A stretch of 63,351 bases of DNA, filler included, from an uncultured Chlamydiae bacterium (GTDB taxonomy: Bacteria; Chlamydiota; Chlamydiia; Chlamydiales; SM23-39), in NCBI GenBank assembly GCA_937899275.1. It is 8 parts of 8 records of this genome, joined end to end, with 100 filler letters (N's around TTAATTAATTAA, not from the genome) between each part and the next. Parts side by side here need not be neighbours in the genome. Positions count along the whole stretch, not along the records: positions 5,846 to 22,301 come from CALBPE010000031.1; 7 more parts are not named here. One strand, written 5' to 3'. The stretch's first letter is position 1; every line of letters begins with the position of its first letter. Under the pieces are notes generated by a model, which was not told where the DNA came from, did no database searches, and was given only the letters and a program-made list of their open reading frames with translations. The position numbers and the translations under genes are program-made. This document shows, piece after piece, positions 9,858-17,892 of the stretch.

Positions 9858-10654
9858 AAACGAGGGTTTAATTTGGTAGAAAGAGTTTTCCAGAGGTCCC
9901 TTTTTTTTCCCGGACTACTAAAATACTGTTCAATGGGAGGTAAAAATAAGACGGGGGTTTTATCAAGATACGCCTTACTGCGGTCGGGGCGTTCTTGGTA
10001 CAAGGGAAGAAGGGTTTTACATGAAAAAAATGGATCTTCTTCTACGATAAAAAGCTGGCAGGGGTTTTTGGCAAAAAGAGAAGATATATCCCAACTTGGA
10101 TCGTAACTTAGTACTTTTGCTTCGGCAAAATGCGCCCGAATCGCTAAAGATATCTCGTAGAGAAAGCGCTGCTTTTCTGGATGTTGTTCACAAGAGATCA
10201 AGGTGATAGGCGCAAGAAATGTGGTGTATTTGTACGCTTGTTGTTTTTTCTTAGCTACATCATCTGGTAAAACCTGCTGTTTTAGCTCTACTTGTAGAGT
10301 TTGTAAAATAGTTTTCACATCAATTAACTCATCAAAAAGAGGCTTTTTATTTTGAGGAGGTGTTTTTTTTGCAGGCTCTATCTGAGTAGATAAGTCTTTA
10401 GTTGGTAAAGACGTTTTTTCTTCTGGTTTTGTACGGGGGTTGGTGAGCGTTTCTGGCCTGGTTTTTGCAGGGATTGCTTTGAGAGAAGAACGCGTTTCAT
10501 CGGTAGGGACCGTAGGCGTTTTTTTCTGATGGGAAGGAGGTTTTCTACAAGATTGTACAAGCGTTTCTAAAGAAGGCGTTAGGTAGATGGGGGGATGATT
10601 TTCAGCTAAATAGCTTTTTAGATCTTGGATCCAATGGACTAAAGGCGTATTCAT
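9854..10654 (-). CDS. hypothetical protein (position of the chlamydial priA-upstream gene)
   Basis: 266-aa ORF with P/K/T-rich linker and C-terminal KRDLWKTL; 4-nt overlaps with ftsY and priA. Confidence 0.8.
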   Translation of the reverse strand: MNTPLVHWIQDLKSYLAENHPPIYLTPSLETLVQSCRKPPSHQKKTPTVPTDETRSSLKAIPAKTRPETLTNPRTKPEEKTSLPTKDLSTQIEPAKKTPPQNKKPLFDELIDVKTILQTLQVELKQQVLPDDVAKKKQQAYKYTTFLAPITLISCEQHPEKQRFLYEISLAIRAHFAEAKVLSYDPSWDISSLFAKNPCQLFIVEEDPFFSCKTLLPLYQERPDRSKAYLDKTPVLFLPPIEQYFSSPGKKRDLWKTLSTKLNPRL

Positions 10655-11580
10655 GCATCGATTTCAAGTAAGGCTTTTACAAAAGATCTCGGATCAAATA
10701 GGGTCAAATCCTCTGCAGATTCACCGAGGCCTACAAAGCGCACATCGAGATTTTTTTGGTGTTTTAACGCTACCACAACGCCTCCTTTCGCGCTGCCATC
10801 GAGTTTGGTCAATATCAAAGAAGAAATGTTTGTATACTTATGAAAGATTTCTGCTTGATCAAGTGCATTTTGTCCTGAAGAGGCATCGACTACCAGTAGC
10901 GTTTCATGGGGAGCTCCATCGATTTTTTTTCCTGCAGTTTTCTGGATTTTTTCCAGCTCTTGCATAAGATCGGTTTTCGTATGGAGCCTGCCTGCTGTAT
11001 CAATGAGGACAATATCGATCCCTTTAGCTTGAGCAGAGGAAAGTGCGTCAAAAACCACACTAGAGGGATCTGCCTTTGGAGACGACTTGACAATAGATAC
11101 GCCTAAGGTTTTTGCCCAATGATCTACCTGTTCTACAGCAGCTGCCCTAAAGGTGTCAGAAGCGGATATGAGAACAGATTTTCCCCTATCTTTATAGTAT
11201 TTGGCAAGTTTGGCAATACTTGTCGTTTTCCCAGAGCCGTTTACCCCTACAACCAAGATCACATGAGGTGCTGATGCGCTTGTCATCGGCTCTTTTTTTT
11301 CTTTTTCCAGTATCGCAAGTATCTCCTCTTCCAGAAATAAAAGGATATCTTCAGGAGAAATAGTGGGGTTTTTCTTGTGCAAGATGCGGAGCTTATCTAC
11401 AAGTTTCATGGACAGCTCGCCTCCGAGGTCTGCTTCGAAAAATAGTTTTTCTAGCTCGTCAAATGAAGCTTCTTCTACATTTTTTGTGAACAGTTGGTAG
11501 ATTTTTTTTCCCAGCTGCGAGCGAAAAGATGCGAAAGAAGAGCGCGCTTTTTGAAAAACTTTTTTTAATGAACGGAACAT
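10651..11580 (-). CDS. ftsY: signal recognition particle receptor FtsY
   Basis: GVNGSGKTT, DTFRAAA, DTAGR, TKLDGSAKGG. Confidence 0.97.
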   Translation of the reverse strand: MFRSLKKVFQKARSSFASFRSQLGKKIYQLFTKNVEEASFDELEKLFFEADLGGELSMKLVDKLRILHKKNPTISPEDILLFLEEEILAILEKEKKEPMTSASAPHVILVVGVNGSGKTTSIAKLAKYYKDRGKSVLISASDTFRAAAVEQVDHWAKTLGVSIVKSSPKADPSSVVFDALSSAQAKGIDIVLIDTAGRLHTKTDLMQELEKIQKTAGKKIDGAPHETLLVVDASSGQNALDQAEIFHKYTNISSLILTKLDGSAKGGVVVALKHQKNLDVRFVGLGESAEDLTLFDPRSFVKALLEIDA

Positions 11581-11666
11581 AAGATATCTCTTGTAGTATA
11601 TTTTGCGCTTTTACGATACGCCTCTACTCATACAAGCTTAGCACAAGGATTTATCAGCGCGCAATA

Positions 11667-13214
11667 TTAAGACGTTTTTTTTAGAGGCTTTGCTTTTTGA
11701 TAGTAAGAAATTTTCGGAAGAAGTTTTTGGTAGATCTTATTGCAAAGTGATAGGCGCCTCAGCTCTTTTAAAAAGCTGTATAGCGTAATAGGAGAAGCAT
11801 TTTCTACAGGTGTTACATCTTCAGATAGGCAGGATAAAGCGCCTTGGTAGACCACTAGAAAAAGCTGCCATGTGCGCATAATCAAAAGGGAAAAGGCGTT
11901 ATCCATCTCATCTTTATGTACTTTTTGTCCTTGAAATAAAGCTTGTAGAAGTATCTGCGCTTTTTCTACTGTAAGTGTTTTTTTTCGCACCGCTTGCATG
12001 ATGGGGAAGATGTAGTTTCTAGCTACCGGGTAAATTCGGTAATCATACGCTAGCAAAAAGGGGGTGCGTATATAAAGGCCCTTTTCGTCTAATTGTAGTT
12101 CCTCTGAAGAGGGGTGCACGTGTCCTGTCGCTCCTGTGCCTTGTAGCTCTTGTGCTTTGGCATAGTGATAAGAAAAAAAGCTGTATTCTTTGGCTAGCCC
12201 TTTAACTATCTTTGGCTGCAAAAGCTCAGAAATCGTCTGTAGATTACACAACTTGTATCCAATAGAAACCGCTTCTTTGGGGAAATCTTCTTTTTGTATG
12301 CTGTGGTAAAAAGACGCAAGAAAAGGTTTTTCTTTATCTATAGAGTATATCTTGCAAAAAACTTGTTTTACACAGTCCATCATTTTTTGCCAGCTTGTAG
12401 GTCGAGGTCCTGCAATGCCTAGTTCTTCTCCTAGTATATAGGTGTTTTTTGCAACTGTTGAGAGCCAGTTTTGCGGAAGGTTAGTTTGATATTTCTCTGC
12501 TATTTGGAGAAGCATTTCCACTTGATTCTGAAGGGCTTTTGTCCGTTGTAAAGAAAAGCTGAATAGATGTTGTTTCATCTCCTTTCTTTTTTTTGGCGTT
12601 TTTGGAAGCTGCGCTTTTGCAAACAAACTGCAACAAAGCTGCGCTTGTGCGACCTTGTATAATTCTTCTTCCTGCCATGTAGAAGGCAGCTTTTTTATGT
12701 GCTGCTGAGGTGAGATACAATAGGGGTAGAAAATCACGGGGGATCCTTTAAGGGAATGGTACTTTAAAGGAAGCGGAGCTTTACCCGCTCCTTCAGTAGA
12801 AAAAAGACCTAAATAGGTAGAGCCATACCGGACCTTATTATTCAGGGGAGGGGGGCATTTTTTATGAATAAGCGATTCTAATGAGGCGTAGCGCCTTTTT
12901 TTTTCTTTTAGACTTTGAGGTAGATGGATATTTTGCAGGTTGTAATTTCCTTGCGGGCCTGCACCGTCAATGAAGCAAATAGTGATGGTGCGTTTTTTAC
13001 AAGCCAGAACTTGGGTCATAGTAAACCAGTCGATACGCAGCTCTTTTATAGTAGACGCCTGGATGGTAATATTGTTTTTTTGCAATAGATCTTGCAACCA
13101 AGAATACCTCGATGTGTTTTGGGAGTGTTGCGTTTCAGGCGAGCAGTTTAAAGAGGAGGTTGGAGTAATATTCCAATGAATGATCATGAGCATAAAAATT
13201 TTAATGAAAAGCAT
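11667..13214 (-). CDS. hypothetical protein (~510 aa; start uncertain)
   Basis: Long ORF with S/T/N-rich N-terminus and no recognisable motif. Confidence 0.7.
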   Translation of the reverse strand: MLFIKIFMLMIIHWNITPTSSLNCSPETQHSQNTSRYSWLQDLLQKNNITIQASTIKELRIDWFTMTQVLACKKRTITICFIDGAGPQGNYNLQNIHLPQSLKEKKRRYASLESLIHKKCPPPLNNKVRYGSTYLGLFSTEGAGKAPLPLKYHSLKGSPVIFYPYCISPQQHIKKLPSTWQEEELYKVAQAQLCCSLFAKAQLPKTPKKRKEMKQHLFSFSLQRTKALQNQVEMLLQIAEKYQTNLPQNWLSTVAKNTYILGEELGIAGPRPTSWQKMMDCVKQVFCKIYSIDKEKPFLASFYHSIQKEDFPKEAVSIGYKLCNLQTISELLQPKIVKGLAKEYSFFSYHYAKAQELQGTGATGHVHPSSEELQLDEKGLYIRTPFLLAYDYRIYPVARNYIFPIMQAVRKKTLTVEKAQILLQALFQGQKVHKDEMDNAFSLLIMRTWQLFLVVYQGALSCLSEDVTPVENASPITLYSFLKELRRLSLCNKIYQKLLPKISYYQKAKPLKKTS

Positions 13215-13309
13215 TTTATTCGACCTAGGTAATAAAAAGCGAGGCTCTTTCTGATTGGTTATTGCGCGAAAAACCGTTTTTAGCTGATAAACAAAACAAA
13301 GAGATCTCT

Positions 13310-14365
13310 ATGCACCTGCACTCGTACCAGGCAAAACAGCTTTTGCGTAACTATGGCATTTCTACTTTGCGTTTTGGCGTAGCAAAAACATTAGAAGAGC
13401 TAAAACTTCTCATGCGCAGCTTAGATCTACGATCTGTAGAAATGGAGCTTACTGGAAAAGATCGCGAAAAAGTTGCGGCTCAAACCCGCGATGAAGCGAT
13501 GTTTCTAGCAAAAAAATGGGTGGAAAATGAGGAAAAAAGCGCGCTTTTTTCCCTTGTATCCATTCAGGAAAAAATGGACGCTTCTCCTAAGAGGCAACTT
13601 TCCCTTTCCATTGATTATGAAAAAGCCTTAAGAAAAGCGGTATTTACAACGCCTCAACACGCTTATACATGGAGTTATTATCCAAGCTCTTTGGAAAAAG
13701 AGCAGATAGCTCTACCTGAAGAAGAGAAGATGTTTATCCCTATTGTTTGGCAGCTACTTTCTTTTTATGAGGAAAAAGATGGGATCGATTTGCAGGCGGA
13801 GATTGTGCTGAAAAAAGGGATGCCGTTTGTACAAGATATCACACTTTTTATCGATGAAAGGGCGTTATTTCGCAATGAAGAGCTCGCTGTTTTTTACGAT
13901 CCTTATCGTTACACGCTGCAAGAAAAAATCGCAGAGCAATTTGATATCGATTATACGTCGTTTTCTGGAAATATTGGATGTATGGTAAGCGGTAGAGGCC
14001 TTGGTTATGCGCTGATGGATAGTATAGAAGCTGCAGGTGGAAAACTCTCTTGCTGCATCAATGTAGATAAAGGAGCGTCAAAAGATCTTTTGCATACGGG
14101 ATGGCAGGTTATGCTATCGGACTCTTCAATGGAAAAAGCGCTTTTTTATCTGATTACAGAAAGAATCGACTGCAGGGTACTGGCAAAGGATTTAGTCGAT
14201 ATGTTGAAGATTACAAAAGTAGATCTTCCCATTTTTGTCCGTATGGAGGGAAATTATGTAAAAGATGGCAATCTTCTTTTAGAAGAAGCGGGGATCCAAA
14301 CCGTTTCTAGTTTTGCCGAGTCGGTAAAAAAAGTGACAAAAAAGGGTGGCTCTAGTGTGGATTGA
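13310..14365 (+). CDS. sucC: succinyl-CoA synthetase beta subunit-like protein, highly degenerate
   Basis: MHLHSYQAKQLL, D..ALFR, GNIGCMVSG and VRMEG are recognisable; ATP-grasp motifs are missing. Confidence 0.85.
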   Translation: MHLHSYQAKQLLRNYGISTLRFGVAKTLEELKLLMRSLDLRSVEMELTGKDREKVAAQTRDEAMFLAKKWVENEEKSALFSLVSIQEKMDASPKRQLSLSIDYEKALRKAVFTTPQHAYTWSYYPSSLEKEQIALPEEEKMFIPIVWQLLSFYEEKDGIDLQAEIVLKKGMPFVQDITLFIDERALFRNEELAVFYDPYRYTLQEKIAEQFDIDYTSFSGNIGCMVSGRGLGYALMDSIEAAGGKLSCCINVDKGASKDLLHTGWQVMLSDSSMEKALFYLITERIDCRVLAKDLVDMLKITKVDLPIFVRMEGNYVKDGNLLLEEAGIQTVSSFAESVKKVTKKGGSSVD

Positions 14366-15236
14366 TGAAAACACCTCGTTTATTGTGCAAGGCCTCTCAG
14401 GACGAGCGGCCCGCTTTTACACTAGAAAATGGCTAGAACAAGGTCTTGTGATTCAAGGGGGAGTGTCGCCTAAAAACGGAGGAGAAAAGGTAGCTGGAAA
14501 ACCCATTTTTTCTTCGATTCAAGAGGCAAAAAAGGCTTTTTCTATCGATGCATCTTTCGTTTTTGTTCCAAAAGAGCAGTTCAAATATGCAGTAGAAGAA
14601 GCAGTGCAAGAAGAGATTCCTTGGATCATCTCTTTTACAAAAGACGTAGCTTTATCCGATATGCTAGATAGCAAAAAAGCGCTAAAAAACAGCAAATCAA
14701 GGATGATTGGGCCCAGCTCTTCAGGCGTGATTTTCCCCGGAATGTTTTCAGCAGGACTGATGCCTACAACGATCTATCAACCAGGGTCTATTGGGATAAT
14801 TTCGAGGTCAGCTTCTTTAGGTTATGAAGCGGCGTTTCAGCTCAAAAAGGTAGGTTTGGGTGTGTCGATGCACCTTTGTTTGGGAGAAGATCCCATTTTA
14901 GGAGAGGATTTTCTAAGCGCTCTACCCCTTCTTTTAGAAGATACTCGAACAAAAGCTCTTCTTATTCTTGGAGAAGGAGGAGATGCAGTCGATCTTTCGA
15001 TCTGCAATGGGATAGAGTCTATGCAGAAAAAACCGATTGCTCTATATATCCCAAGGAGGGGAAAATTGTCTCCTAAGTCTACAGAAAGCAAAGGGCTTAT
15101 GTACCATTGTTATGAAGCGATTTCTTCTAAGATTACTGAGCGGAAAAATCCCTCTTTTCTTTACATTGAAGATATGCAAGACATAGGTCATAAGCTATAT
15201 TTATTGATGCAAACAGTAAAGGAGAAAGCGCCATGA
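14346..15236 (+). CDS. sucD: succinyl-CoA synthetase alpha subunit-like protein, highly degenerate
   Basis: IVQGLSG, GGVSP, FVP, RMIGP, GIISRS and GEDP are recognisable; the MGHAGA loop is altered. Confidence 0.85.
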   Translation: MALVWIDENTSFIVQGLSGRAARFYTRKWLEQGLVIQGGVSPKNGGEKVAGKPIFSSIQEAKKAFSIDASFVFVPKEQFKYAVEEAVQEEIPWIISFTKDVALSDMLDSKKALKNSKSRMIGPSSSGVIFPGMFSAGLMPTTIYQPGSIGIISRSASLGYEAAFQLKKVGLGVSMHLCLGEDPILGEDFLSALPLLLEDTRTKALLILGEGGDAVDLSICNGIESMQKKPIALYIPRRGKLSPKSTESKGLMYHCYEAISSKITERKNPSFLYIEDMQDIGHKLYLLMQTVKEKAP

Positions 15237-16369
15237 TTACGATACCAGGGAAAATTCCCGTTACGATTCATCCGCTTTTTTGGCTATGTGCAGCGTTTTT
15301 AGGGTTCATGTATTCAGGGGGGCAGTTAGGCGCGCTGTTACTTTGGGTTGTCGTTATTTTTATTTCTGTGCTTGTACATGAATATGGCCACGCTTCTACA
15401 GCGCTTTTTTTTAAGAAAAAGCCGAAAATAGCGCTTGTCGCTCTTGGAGGGATGACTACTTACGACGGCGATCTGCCTTTATGGAAGCAATTTCTCATCG
15501 TATTAAATGGTCCTTTAGCCGGGCTTTTATTAGCATTTGCTGCTAAGGGATGCACTTTTCTTGCTTTCATTCCGCTTTTTTTACGTATCGCTTGTTATCT
15601 ACTTTTTTACATAAATATCTTTTGGACGCTTGTCAACCTTTTACCTATTTTGCCATTAGATGGAGGGCAGCTTCTACGGATTGTACTAGAAGGATTTTTT
15701 GGCTTTCGAGGGATTAAAATCACCCTATTTATCGGCATGGTTTTAGCAGGTATTTTAGCAGCAGTATTTTTCACGTTAGGAGCATTTTTGATTGGAACGG
15801 TGTTTTTGTTGTTTACTTTTGAAGGCTACCAGTCTTGGAAGCGTTCTAAAGAGATCACCTCTTCCGATAAAAGCTCTGAGGTAAAAACGCTCCTTTCCTC
15901 AGCAGAAAATGCGTTGATGCAGGGGAATAAAGAAGAAGCAAGAGCCGCTTTTGAAGAGATCCTTCGTTATACAAATCAAGGTGTTGCCTACAAAACTGCA
16001 GCGCAGTATTTAGGCCTTTTGTACTACAAAGAAGGAAGAAAAAAACAAGCGTATGACATGCTGCTAAATGTACAAGATTCTGTGAGAAAAGAGCCGCTTT
16101 TTTTGCTGCATGAACTCGCATTTTTACATGAGGATTACGCTCTTGTTACCAAGCTTTCTTCTCAATGTTTTCAGGAGTATCCCCAAAAAGAGGTTGCGGT
16201 AAAAAATGCAAAAGCTTTTGGAAGGCTATCTGATCCAATATCTGCAGGCGGCTGGGTGCAAAGCGCGCACAGGCTAGGTGTGGATACACGAGATCTACTA
16301 AAAGACCCTGCCTTTGATCTTGTAAGAAAAGACAGGGAATTTCAAGAGTTTGTGGAACATCTTCAATAG
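15233..16369 (+). CDS. site-2 protease (peptidase M50) with C-terminal TPR-like region
   Basis: HEYGH, GPLAG, NLLPILPLDGG, multiple TMs; helical repeat C-terminus. Confidence 0.93.
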   Translation: MITIPGKIPVTIHPLFWLCAAFLGFMYSGGQLGALLLWVVVIFISVLVHEYGHASTALFFKKKPKIALVALGGMTTYDGDLPLWKQFLIVLNGPLAGLLLAFAAKGCTFLAFIPLFLRIACYLLFYINIFWTLVNLLPILPLDGGQLLRIVLEGFFGFRGIKITLFIGMVLAGILAAVFFTLGAFLIGTVFLLFTFEGYQSWKRSKEITSSDKSSEVKTLLSSAENALMQGNKEEARAAFEEILRYTNQGVAYKTAAQYLGLLYYKEGRKKQAYDMLLNVQDSVRKEPLFLLHELAFLHEDYALVTKLSSQCFQEYPQKEVAVKNAKAFGRLSDPISAGGWVQSAHRLGVDTRDLLKDPAFDLVRKDREFQEFVEHLQ

Positions 16370-16379
16370 AAAAACGCCT

Positions 16380-17852
16380 CTACTGTAGGCGCAAGGTGTA
16401 GTACCTTTGAAAGTTTTTTTGACGAATAATTAACACCACATGTTTTTTATCGCCTACTTCTTGGAGAGCCTCATAAAACTCTTCGCTGCTCGTGATTTTT
16501 TTCTGGTTATCCCAGTCGATGACAACGCCGGTTACAATGTGGTGGTTTGGAACAAGCCCTGCGATATGAGCCGGTGACCCTCTTTTTACTTGGGTGATCA
16601 TTACGCCAGATGTGCTTGGTGAATGGCCAAATCTAGCTAATGCATCGGAAGGCAATTTATCCATGTCTTCGATTTCTACACCTAGCTTTTGAAACAGCTT
16701 TTTTGCTGCCATCTTCAGCTCCGATAACACGCCTAGCGCCACTTTATAATCGATCGTTGCATTTTTTCTTCGAATCGATAGATGGACCGTTGTCTCAGGA
16801 GTCATCAAAGCGATTTTGTTGCGGAAGCTATTGACGCTTCTTACGTCTACTCCATCCATTGAAAGGATGATATCGCCGCTTTGTAGCCCTGCTTTTTGAG
16901 CGGGAGAATTTTCTACCACTGCTGCAATCAAAATCCCTTGGTTCATATCGAGATCGGTGGCTTCGGCATGTTCTTGATCGAAGCGTTGCAAAATGACGCC
17001 AAGATAGGCTCTATGTACAGCTCCTGTTTCCACGATTTTTGTAAATACGTACGATGCTACATTACTCGGAATCGCAAAACCGACACCTGCAAAGCTGCCT
17101 GTAGTAGTTAAAATAGCTACATTGACTCCTACAAGTTCGCCGTTTAAATTGAGAAGCGGCCCTCCTGAATTACCTGGATTGATGGCAGCATCGGTCTGAA
17201 CAAGGCCGCATACACTGGTGATTTTTGGTAAATCATCGCGGTCTTTATCAGTAGCGCTTACAATACCTGCAGTCACCGTATGGCGTAGCTCAAACGGATG
17301 GCCGATAGCTACAACCCATTCCCCTACATCGAGCGCGCTTGAATCGGCAAATCTGATGTAATCGGCGTCTTGTATATCCACTTTAAGGACAGCTAAATCT
17401 GTCCCCGGATCGGTTCCTACTACTTTTGCTTCTAGCTCTTTTCCATCGTTGAGGACAACAGCGATTTTCTGCGCATTTTTGACGACGTGGTTATTTGTGA
17501 GGATATAGCCATCAGGACTTGCGAAGAAGCCCGATCCCGCTCCTTGAAAAGGGGAATTTTGCGTTTGAAATCGTCCACCTCCAAAAAACTTGTGGAAAAA
17601 TTCTTCCATAAAAGGATCAAGAGGGCCATTGAAAAACTCTGAGCTAAGCCCCCGATCTTGCTGCGCCTGTACTTTGATTAAAACAACAGCGGGAGAACAT
17701 GTTTTAGCGATCTTAGTAAAAGCTCGCGATGTTTGCATTAGCCCCTGCATTTCTTTAGAAAGAGGCGTTTTTTCTGCATCAGAATAATCACAGCTTGCTG
17801 CAAATGCAGCATGAGCTACAAGTAGTGGATAAAGTAGTTTCCATGGTTTCAT
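16380..17852 (-). CDS. htrA: DegP/HtrA serine protease with two PDZ domains
   Basis: Signal peptide, TNNHVV, DLAVLK, TDAAINPGNSGGPL. Confidence 0.96.
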   Translation of the reverse strand: MKPWKLLYPLLVAHAAFAASCDYSDAEKTPLSKEMQGLMQTSRAFTKIAKTCSPAVVLIKVQAQQDRGLSSEFFNGPLDPFMEEFFHKFFGGGRFQTQNSPFQGAGSGFFASPDGYILTNNHVVKNAQKIAVVLNDGKELEAKVVGTDPGTDLAVLKVDIQDADYIRFADSSALDVGEWVVAIGHPFELRHTVTAGIVSATDKDRDDLPKITSVCGLVQTDAAINPGNSGGPLLNLNGELVGVNVAILTTTGSFAGVGFAIPSNVASYVFTKIVETGAVHRAYLGVILQRFDQEHAEATDLDMNQGILIAAVVENSPAQKAGLQSGDIILSMDGVDVRSVNSFRNKIALMTPETTVHLSIRRKNATIDYKVALGVLSELKMAAKKLFQKLGVEIEDMDKLPSDALARFGHSPSTSGVMITQVKRGSPAHIAGLVPNHHIVTGVVIDWDNQKKITSSEEFYEALQEVGDKKHVVLIIRQKNFQRYYTLRLQ

Positions 17853-17892
17853 AGTGTTCCTCTCGTTACTTTGCTGCTAGTTTACCCATCTC

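Noticed and set aside
9513..10106. 197-aa plus-strand ORF and other short ORFs overlapping core genes
   Set aside because: Antisense or off-frame to well-supported genes, with no motifs.
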